A DNA stretch of 63,535 nucleotides, the filler included. It is 4 parts of 4 records of this genome, joined end to end, with 100 filler letters (N's around TTAATTAATTAA, not from the genome) between each part and the next. Parts side by side here need not be neighbours in the genome. Positions count along the whole stretch, not along the records: positions 1 to 21,664 come from DRR723986_2442; 3 more parts are not named here. One strand, 5' to 3'. The position numbers and the translations under genes were made by a program. Positions 1 through 7,699 of this stretch are shown piece after piece. The number at the start of each line of letters is the position of its first letter. The stretch's first letter is position 1. The notes beneath the pieces were generated by a model, which was not told where the DNA came from, did no database searches, and saw nothing but the letters and a program-made list of their open reading frames with translations.

Positions 1-1
1 A

Positions 2-30
2 AAAGCTGTTAGCCTAAGGCTAACAGCTTT
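2..30. repeat. Perfect inverted repeat with 14-bp arms at the fragment end
   Basis: AAAGCTGTTAGCCT-A-AGGCTAACAGCTTT read directly. Confidence 0.85.
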
Positions 31-155
31 GTAGTCTCTGCGGCGGGCGCCGCCATCCCAATCCCAGGCATCACACAGCTTCATAGCCTCCGGACTCAAT
101 CAGCTGAGCGCCAAAAAAACTTCCAGCCCAAAGTCATGCAGCTGAAAACCCGTCT

Positions 156-212
156 ACTAACAAAAAGGAAAAAGCTAGCCACTGAACAGAGTGAAAGGGG
201 CGCGGCGATCTT
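156..212 (-). repeat. Copy of a dispersed hairpin + T-tract element, homologous to 21440-21496; lies downstream of ftsX and may act as a terminator
   Basis: Reverse complement AAGATCGCCGCGCCCCTTTCACTCTGTTCAGTGGCTAGCTTTTTCCTTTTTGTTAGT aligns by eye with AAGAACGCTTCGCTCCCTTCACCTTCGGTGGGTAGCTTGCTTTTTCTTTTTGTTAGT. Confidence 0.65.
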
Positions 213-277
213 GTCCCCAAATAAAAAAACTGTGCCTGCAAAACTGCCGCACGGGAAAACCAAACGGTCCTGTTAAA

Positions 278-1144
278 CTACTGGGCGGCTTTGTAGGCCG
301 ACTGACGCCACGAAGTAATTGCTGCAATTAAGAGTGATGCAGCGACCACAAGACCTAAAACCGGGAGGACCGCGTTAGGGCTGATGCTCTGTACCCAGGG
401 CGCGTAATCCGTTAACTCGCCGCGTAAAACCGTGATTAAACCAACGCCAAGTGCCAGGCCGATAACAATTGCAATCGAGTTAAACACCAGGTCCGGTGCC
501 GTGATAAATGTGCGGCGCGCTCCCATTAATGTTAACACCTGCGCCTTGGTCTGGTCTACGCTGCTGTGCTGTTTAATCGTGTAGTGTAACATGGCAAAAA
601 AGACGATCACAATAATTATTCCGGCCGAGAGCCAGATGGCCGTGCTGCGCCGAATGCGGTCGTTAACTGCCTGAACAAAACTGGTGCGGAATTGTGCGTC
701 GTCCACGCCGGGAACCGATTGACATTCCGTGGTAATGCGGTTCAGAATTGCCGTAGTGCGATACTTGGGTGCCACCATTGCCGTAATTGTAACGGGGAAG
801 GGGTTGGCCGGCATCAGGTTTTCCGATGGGCGTCCAAATTTGGCTACGAACTCACCGAGGGCGTCCTCCGAAGAAGTGACTTCGATGTCCTCGATTTCGG
901 GCATGGATTTTATTCGTTGGCCAATGCGTGTGACGTCGGCTTCATCGCTGGGGACGGTCAAAAAAACCTTAACAACGATCTGCTCGGAGAGCTCCTGCAG
1001 GCCCAGAGTAGCGCCGTAAAATCCCGAGTGGGCCACCGCCGCACCCAGGGCAATCATGCAGGAAACCAGAATGATGCGAAGCAGAGACCAGAAATGACGC
1101 CGAAAACGACTGAATGCACTGGAAAAATGATGCACGAGGCTCAT
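278..1144 (-). CDS. ftsX: Cell division protein FtsX-like permease
   Basis: 288 aa; N-terminal TM, extracytoplasmic loop (VTSSEDAL...NPFPVTI), C-terminal TMs with the LMGARRTFITAP motif (FtsX LvGAt..fI..P). Confidence 0.75.
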   Translation of the reverse strand: MSLVHHFSSAFSRFRRHFWSLLRIILVSCMIALGAAVAHSGFYGATLGLQELSEQIVVKVFLTVPSDEADVTRIGQRIKSMPEIEDIEVTSSEDALGEFVAKFGRPSENLMPANPFPVTITAMVAPKYRTTAILNRITTECQSVPGVDDAQFRTSFVQAVNDRIRRSTAIWLSAGIIIVIVFFAMLHYTIKQHSSVDQTKAQVLTLMGARRTFITAPDLVFNSIAIVIGLALGVGLITVLRGELTDYAPWVQSISPNAVLPVLGLVVAASLLIAAITSWRQSAYKAAQ

Positions 1145-1281
1145 GTTCTTGCCACCGAGAAAAATAGTCTCTCACAAATTTGGAGGGCGGAACAGGCACG
1201 TGAAGTCAGGTTCCGCTAATACGCAGCGCAAAAATACAAAAAGATTCGGCGTTTGTTCGCTGGGCCAAACCTCAGCGGGTT

Positions 1282-2604
1282 TTAGGAACGCAGGCGCGTC
1301 AGGATTTTGCGTCCATAATCAATTGAATCGGGGACGGCGCGCACCAGGTCGCGCGCACCAACTTTAACATTACTGCGCAGGTAGAGAAAGGCGAGCCCCA
1401 GAATGATCAGATTGTTGAGAATCAGCGGCAGCGGCATCAGTTCGGCAATCATACTCGTGCCCACCAGCCAGCTGGCACTCAGACTTACGAGCATGGCACC
1501 AACAGTGTACTTGAGCAGTTTTTCCGTGCGGCCACGTGCCAGGATATACGAAACCGAAACCGAGAGCGGATGGATCAGGGCTACAATCAGGAACACCTTA
1601 AACAGGATAGCGGCGTCGTTGTATTCCGCCGGCAGCAGCCCAATAATAATCAGGTCGGCCAGGCCCAGCTGCAGCGCGGCAAATAGCGAGACGTTGATCA
1701 TAATATAAAAGCTGATGGCTTTGCTGACGAAGTTTTGTACCACCGAATCATCGCCCCTGGCGAGCAACTTAACAAGTGTGGGGTAAAACACACCGACCAG
1801 TCCATCGCGCAAAGCATCAAAGGCGCGGAAAAAAGTGCGCGCAGCCGAATAGGCGGCAACACCACCAGTACCAAAAAACTTCTGGATTATGAGCTGGTCG
1901 AGCATGTTCCCAATATTATACATGCCGACGGATCCGGCCTGGTTGGCGCCAAAACGCAGAATTGCGCGGACATCACTTTTAACAGGACTGCTGAACTGAA
2001 GCTGATCGCGCGCCACCCACATGGTGTGCAGTGAAGACAGCGCCGCGCCCAAAATGTGAACAAATGCCAATTCTTCAAATGTGTCCAGGCCACGTGTAAA
2101 CTCAATTGCGGCTGTGGCGGCCGCCATAATTCCAAACCAGACCAGGTTAACATAAAACACGTCACGCATGCGCAGGTCACGCATTAACAGTTTAATACAA
2201 AACGTGCGCGGAATGTTAACAAGTACATAAACGGGCAGGAGCAGCGCAACGTCGGCCAGGCGCGGTTCCTCAAAAAATGCGGGAACGGCGGGTATTAACA
2301 GAAAAATGGCCGAGAAAATAGCCGTGCCACCCAGGCAGGTTGCCAGGTGCATTAAACCCGTTACGCGGTTAACATGTCCACGCTGCTGCTCATCGACGCC
2401 AAACTTAATAATCGCCATCAGCGCCAGGCCGTCGGTGATCGTAAAAATCAGCGCATGCCAAACTTCAAGGTGCCCGTACAGTCCAAACTCCTCTTTGGGG
2501 AGCAGGGAAATCTGCCAAAGCCGGACCACAAATCCATAAATCAGGAAAAGTGCCTTGTCGCCAAGGGTCCAGGAAAGTTTGCCGAGATGGTCGGCTATTC
2601 GCAT
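1282..2604 (-). CDS. Oligosaccharide flippase (Wzx/PST, MOP superfamily)
   Basis: About 12 hydrophobic segments, EEFGLYG, LDQLIIQKFFGTGGVAAYSAA. ATG at 2604 chosen; GTG at 2616 is an alternative start. Confidence 0.8.
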   Translation of the reverse strand: MRIADHLGKLSWTLGDKALFLIYGFVVRLWQISLLPKEEFGLYGHLEVWHALIFTITDGLALMAIIKFGVDEQQRGHVNRVTGLMHLATCLGGTAIFSAIFLLIPAVPAFFEEPRLADVALLLPVYVLVNIPRTFCIKLLMRDLRMRDVFYVNLVWFGIMAAATAAIEFTRGLDTFEELAFVHILGAALSSLHTMWVARDQLQFSSPVKSDVRAILRFGANQAGSVGMYNIGNMLDQLIIQKFFGTGGVAAYSAARTFFRAFDALRDGLVGVFYPTLVKLLARGDDSVVQNFVSKAISFYIMINVSLFAALQLGLADLIIIGLLPAEYNDAAILFKVFLIVALIHPLSVSVSYILARGRTEKLLKYTVGAMLVSLSASWLVGTSMIAELMPLPLILNNLIILGLAFLYLRSNVKVGARDLVRAVPDSIDYGRKILTRLRS

Positions 2605-2744
2605 AGGTTTGTGCACCAGGCCGGTAAAAAAGCTGACAAGTTAGGTCTGAATGGCGACGCAGCAAACCCGGGCATGAGTTCTCTTGTTAGTCACTGACTG
2701 AGAATCAGCTGAGTTTGTGAGCGTCGCGCCTTTTTGCCGCAAGC

Positions 2745-5700
2745 CTATTGTTTGATCAGCGGTAGCACCTGTGTTTCAGCGTCATTGCTGACAGTCAGCG
2801 TGTAGGTACCGGCGGGCAGGTCTGCCAGGTTGAGTTTAATTGAACTCGCTGCGGCTGTGCCTGCGGGCAGCGTTTGGCTGAGCCATTCGCGACCGAGCAG
2901 GTCGGCTACACGCAGAACAATGGCGGCTTTACCGTCCAGCACCTGCAAATCTACGATCAGATTTTCCTGTACCGGGTTGGGGTAGGCGCGCACTGTGAAG
3001 TTCTGTGCCTGTTGTTCGTTTACGCTGGTTGCCGTTACGATCGTAATCGTGTTTGAGCGTGACTCGCAGCCATTTTCGTAGAAAATGTCGGCATAGTACT
3101 CACCACCAAACTCGGCGCGGAATTCACGGCTACGTGCCTGCGTGCCTGTGAGGCGGAAACCATCGCGATACCACTGATAGGCGTCGGCTTCGGGGTCTAC
3201 ACGCATCAGGTTCAGATCGTTCACATCTGGCTGCACAATTGTGGCTGTAGGCGCGATGTCAATCGTGCCGCTGATTTCGACTGTGCGGCCCGCCTGGTTT
3301 TGGGCGATGATCACATATTCGCCGGGCATATCCGGATCGATGCTGCTGACCAGCACGCGTACGGCATTGGCAGGCGTGGCATCAACGATTTGAAGCTGGG
3401 TGTTAACATTGCTCTGCAGCGTAATCTGAACGATCTGGATTGACTGATCAAAAAAGTCGATGGCATGTTCGCCGCACTCAAAATCGATATTCTGCACGAT
3501 GGGTCTGCAGCCGCGGCAGTTTTCATAGTCGCCCAGGTCGGTGCCGCTGGCGATGGAAGACATCGTCAGCGCGGCGCCGTTGCCACCGGCTGTAGCACCG
3601 GGGAATTCTTCGCGCGGTGGAATTGTGCCTTCGGCTCCACCTTCCAGGAAGGTATTGATGGCCGAGGCGTCGAGCTGCGCGCCGCCGATAAATACACCAC
3701 CGCCACCGCCGCCGCCGGGTCCGGCGAATTGACTGCTGCCGCCCAGCTGGCTGCCGCCATTGCCGCCGCGTGCATAAACTGTGAGTGCACCTTCAAATAC
3801 AGCGGCATCGATTACAATCGTACCGCCGGCACCGCCACCGCCGCAACCGTCGGGGTTGAGCACGGCTGTGTCGTCCAATGCAGATAGGCCGTCGGCCCAG
3901 ATGCTGCGCTCGCCGTCTGTGCGAATGCTGCCGCTGCGGAAGATGACAATTCCGCCACCCGTAGCGCCGCCCGAGCCATTGCCGTGGTTAATATGTCCGG
4001 CACCGCCGCCGCCGCCCATGAAGGCTTTGCCGGCATTTACGCCGTACTGCGGGCTGAGCGCGTAGGCTGGGACGCCACCGGCCATGCGATTGTTGGGGCG
4101 GTCAGGCACTCCATAACCGCCGTCACCGCCAAATCCATAGTTGGCGCCACCGGCACCACCTGCATTGTGATTGTTACCCGCGCCGCCGCCGTTGGCTGGT
4201 GCGCCGCGACCGTAAATTTCACCATCCAGTCCGAAGCCGGCAATACCCTCGCCTTTGGGAGCGGTCGTGCAGAGTTCGTCGCTGGCATAAATTGTATTAT
4301 TTGGCGTCAGGTTGCAGTCGACCTGTTTGATGAACGCGCCGCCGCGGAACCCGATTCCACTGGCCTGCACATCGGCTTCAAGCATGATGCAGTCGGCCAG
4401 GACGGCGATAACGCCGCCGGTGCGACCGTTCCAGGGTTCGGCACGCAGTTCACCGCTAACGGTAACGTGGTTGTACTCGGGCGTGGAGAGCAGCTGCAGG
4501 GCTGCATCTGTATTGTAGCGCGTGCGCGTCAGATCATCGCGCAGAAGCAGTTCTGTTGTGTTTGCATCTTCGTTGTAGCTGCTGCTGCGCACTTCAACAA
4601 ATTCGTAGTCGCCGGCGCCCTGGCTGTTAATCAGCTGACCGTAATTTTCGGTGTTGCTCGCATCAATCGCGGCCCCCTGCATTTGAATCAGCAAGAATTT
4701 ATCGCCGCGGGCAGGCATTGGGTTGCCGGGGATTGTTAATCTGCGAGACTCGATGTTGATTGACTCGACAGGGTAGTAATCGTTGACAATTCCGGAGATT
4801 TCGTCGCAGCGTTTGCAATCTTCGATGACGACGTACATTGCGGCGCTTTGTTCACATTCGGTGACGTCGCGCACAGTGACGCTGAGTTCGATGTCTCCGA
4901 CCGTATTTGCATTCAGTGTGGCAACCGGACCTTCGATGCTCGAAAATGCGCTGATAGGGCTCCAAATGTACTCCAGCCCGGCACCGGCACCGCTGACGCC
5001 GGCGCGGAAGATGATCGAGTCTCCGAGGCAAATTTCGCGTTCGACTGTGTTGATTGTCAGGCTAAGTGCGGTGTTGGGTGTGCTGCCTTCCAACTGATCC
5101 GCGTTCAGAGTGACTGTACCATTTGCGCCGGGTGTGGCCCCATGCGCAAACTGATTGGTGAACAGTCCGTTGTTTCCGCCACTCAGGTCCACCATAAGTT
5201 CGTCCGGGGTAGATGACAGTGGCAGAACAACTGAACCACCGCCGCCGCCGCCGCCCGGTCCAACGCGACGTTGCGTAAATCCATTGATGTTAACATTTGC
5301 GCCGTCGCCACCGCGTGCGGTCACGACGAGGTCCCCTATAAAGTCTTCTACGAAAAGGGCAATCGCGCCACCGGCACCACCACCGCCGCCACCGTTGTCG
5401 ATTGCCGCTGCAGCCGCTGCGCCGTCGGCGCGAATAGCGCCGCCACGAGCGCGAATCTGGTCGCTTTCAATCATGACAATACCGCCGCCGCGGGCTCCGT
5501 TGGACTTGACGCCGCCGTCAGCATGTCCGGCACCGCCGCCGCCGCCGGCAAGCAGAGTTTCGGGAGGGAGGCTCAGAGCTAAGCCGCCCAGTCCAGCTGC
5601 TTCCTGTGGGCGTCCCAGTGCCTGTCCGTTGATTTCGCCAAAGCCACCCTGGCCGCCATCTGCAGCAGCAGATGCGTTGCGGTTCGAGATATTGGCGCCA

Positions 5701-7499
5701 CCGGCACCGCCGGCTTTGTAGGCGTTTCCACCACCACCGGCATTGGCGTAGTAGTTGCGGCCGGCTTCCAGGCCGGGAGCGCCAAAGCCGCCGAATCCTT
5801 CGCCACGGCCGGCGTGATTTGGACCTGGAGCGGCACCCGGAGTGTTAACATTTGCGACTGTTACCTCGCCGGCGGGCGCTGTTCCGCCGCGCATGCCGGT
5901 AAAACTGGCGTCGATATCTTCAAAAAGTTGAACGCTGTTGGCGGAAAGAGCGATCACTCCACCAATTGAGCCATTCCAGGGGCGTGCGATAATCGGGTCA
6001 AGCACGTTGAGTTCGTCATATTCGGGTACGCTGACGATTTGAATTTTACCGCTGAGGTCGTAGCTGTTTTCGAGGGTGTTTTCCAGAAAAATCTGCGAGC
6101 CCTGGATGGAGCTGATCGTAACAAATTCCCATTGACCTGCGACAGTTGAATTCACCTGGCCATAACTGGGGTTGCCGGCCTGGTCTACAAATGTGCCGCC
6201 CTGCATCTGAATGATCATGATGCGGTCGCCCCGCTGAAAGCCGTCACGTGAGTTAACAGTAAGCCTGTCTGGGCATTCTTCGATATTTGTGACGGCGGCA
6301 TAAAAATTGATGCTGCGTGGCTGGACTGGGATTTCGGGAGCCAGTTCCTGCATAATCTCAATCAGGTCGGTAGGTTCACGGTCAGCGTCGGTGCCGCCGA
6401 TAGCCAGGATGCGCTTGAGCCGCAAGTCGCCCCGCGGCGTAAATTCGGCGGCATCTACGAGTGCAAACTGGGCGCGCTCAACGTCCATTGGATCACCAGG
6501 CGTGCTGACGCGGCGCCCAACGTTGAGCCATTCTACGGAGCTGACCGGTTCGTTCTCGCCATTAAAACCGCCGGCGATCAAGACTGAATCGCGCGACCAT
6601 TGTGCCATGGAGTGCAGAAAGCGCGGAACCTGCAGTGTTGAGATTTTCTGGAAGTTACCGTTAATCTCGGCGTGGATGTCTTCGATCAGCTCAATATTGG
6701 ATTCGCGGACGGTTCCACCACTCAGGATGGGACTGCCGCCACGCAGGCGCATGCCGGCCAGCCCGGGGCCGCTGTTTTCAAGTTCGCCAACCTGTAGCCA
6801 GGCGTCGCCGGCGCGCACGTATGAATATACCTGGCGCGGACGGTCACTGTCTTCGCCACCGATGCGGCCGCCGGCCACAAAATTTTGTCCGCTGCTGAGC
6901 AAACCAACGAAGTGTTCATTTATGCGTGTGGGGTAGTCGCTAACACGCCGCGTTGTGCCTGTGCTCACATCAAAAATTTCAGCGTGTGCACGTGCAATCA
7001 GGTCACCGGCGTCGCCGCCCACAACCAATATTTCAGTGTCGTTGATGAAAACGGCATGAAACTGGCGGCGTTCGAGTTCGAGGTTGCCGATGGTTGTCCA
7101 TTGTTCACTGGCAGGGTCAAAACGCTCAACTGATGGCGTATTACCCAGGTCCGAGTTGGTAGCGCCGCTGACAGCGTATACAAAGCCGTCGGCACCCTGG
7201 AGCGCTATAAATTCGGCGCGCGCTTCTGCCATGCTGCGCGCCACCCTGACCGTTCCGGCTTCGAGGTCCAGAATTTCTACGGTGTTGACCGCAACGCGAT
7301 TTTCGTCGAAGCCGCCCATCACCAGCACGCGGCCATCGTCCATATAGACTGCTGCCAGAGCGGTGCGGGGCTGACTGAGCTGCCCAAATTCTTCCCATTC
7401 AGCGCCAAGCAAAATGGCTTGGCTGGAAAAGGAGAGTGCACAAATCAGTAGAGTAAATGTCAGGGTGCGGGAGATTGCGGCTAGGTAACTTACAGGCAT
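2745..7499 (-). CDS. Large T9SS cargo protein: Kelch propeller, two glycine-rich modules, Ig-like domains, type A CTD
   Basis: Signal peptide; Kelch repeats (VLVMGG, VYAVSG, ILVVGG, FVAGG, VLIAGG); duplicated module containing IQMQG...PEY...WNG..GGVIA...GGGGGAG; CTD AYPNPV...DLLGRE...LPAGTYTL. Confidence 0.85.
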   Translation of the reverse strand: MPVSYLAAISRTLTFTLLICALSFSSQAILLGAEWEEFGQLSQPRTALAAVYMDDGRVLVMGGFDENRVAVNTVEILDLEAGTVRVARSMAEARAEFIALQGADGFVYAVSGATNSDLGNTPSVERFDPASEQWTTIGNLELERRQFHAVFINDTEILVVGGDAGDLIARAHAEIFDVSTGTTRRVSDYPTRINEHFVGLLSSGQNFVAGGRIGGEDSDRPRQVYSYVRAGDAWLQVGELENSGPGLAGMRLRGGSPILSGGTVRESNIELIEDIHAEINGNFQKISTLQVPRFLHSMAQWSRDSVLIAGGFNGENEPVSSVEWLNVGRRVSTPGDPMDVERAQFALVDAAEFTPRGDLRLKRILAIGGTDADREPTDLIEIMQELAPEIPVQPRSINFYAAVTNIEECPDRLTVNSRDGFQRGDRIMIIQMQGGTFVDQAGNPSYGQVNSTVAGQWEFVTISSIQGSQIFLENTLENSYDLSGKIQIVSVPEYDELNVLDPIIARPWNGSIGGVIALSANSVQLFEDIDASFTGMRGGTAPAGEVTVANVNTPGAAPGPNHAGRGEGFGGFGAPGLEAGRNYYANAGGGGNAYKAGGAGGANISNRNASAAADGGQGGFGEINGQALGRPQEAAGLGGLALSLPPETLLAGGGGGAGHADGGVKSNGARGGGIVMIESDQIRARGGAIRADGAAAAAAIDNGGGGGGAGGAIALFVEDFIGDLVVTARGGDGANVNINGFTQRRVGPGGGGGGGSVVLPLSSTPDELMVDLSGGNNGLFTNQFAHGATPGANGTVTLNADQLEGSTPNTALSLTINTVEREICLGDSIIFRAGVSGAGAGLEYIWSPISAFSSIEGPVATLNANTVGDIELSVTVRDVTECEQSAAMYVVIEDCKRCDEISGIVNDYYPVESINIESRRLTIPGNPMPARGDKFLLIQMQGAAIDASNTENYGQLINSQGAGDYEFVEVRSSSYNEDANTTELLLRDDLTRTRYNTDAALQLLSTPEYNHVTVSGELRAEPWNGRTGGVIAVLADCIMLEADVQASGIGFRGGAFIKQVDCNLTPNNTIYASDELCTTAPKGEGIAGFGLDGEIYGRGAPANGGGAGNNHNAGGAGGANYGFGGDGGYGVPDRPNNRMAGGVPAYALSPQYGVNAGKAFMGGGGGAGHINHGNGSGGATGGGIVIFRSGSIRTDGERSIWADGLSALDDTAVLNPDGCGGGGAGGTIVIDAAVFEGALTVYARGGNGGSQLGGSSQFAGPGGGGGGGVFIGGAQLDASAINTFLEGGAEGTIPPREEFPGATAGGNGAALTMSSIASGTDLGDYENCRGCRPIVQNIDFECGEHAIDFFDQSIQIVQITLQSNVNTQLQIVDATPANAVRVLVSSIDPDMPGEYVIIAQNQAGRTVEISGTIDIAPTATIVQPDVNDLNLMRVDPEADAYQWYRDGFRLTGTQARSREFRAEFGGEYYADIFYENGCESRSNTITIVTATSVNEQQAQNFTVRAYPNPVQENLIVDLQVLDGKAAIVLRVADLLGREWLSQTLPAGTAAASSIKLNLADLPAGTYTLTVSNDAETQVLPLIKQ

Positions 7500-7583
7500 G
7501 CGTCAGGTTCCAGGGTTTCCAGGTATAATTATAGCGTGTTTGTTCGCAGGAATAGTCTAAATGACACAAGTGTGTGCCACTTG

Positions 7584-7619
7584 ATTCAGGCATTTATTCA
7601 GGCATTAATTCAGGCCTTA
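7584..7619. repeat. Three tandem 12-bp direct repeats
   Basis: ATTCAGGCATTT ATTCAGGCATTA ATTCAGGCCTTA in the intergenic region. Confidence 0.8.
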
Positions 7620-7699
7620 ATCTGTAATTGTTGAGTAGCGGCAGCTGGGCGCGTCACCCAATCAATTTTGTGTGTTTCGCAGGGGCCGGGCACGCGGCA

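Noticed and set aside
3700..5760. (CCG)n/(CCA)n runs as phase-variable microsatellites
   Set aside because: They are in-frame polyglycine codons of the 1584-aa protein.
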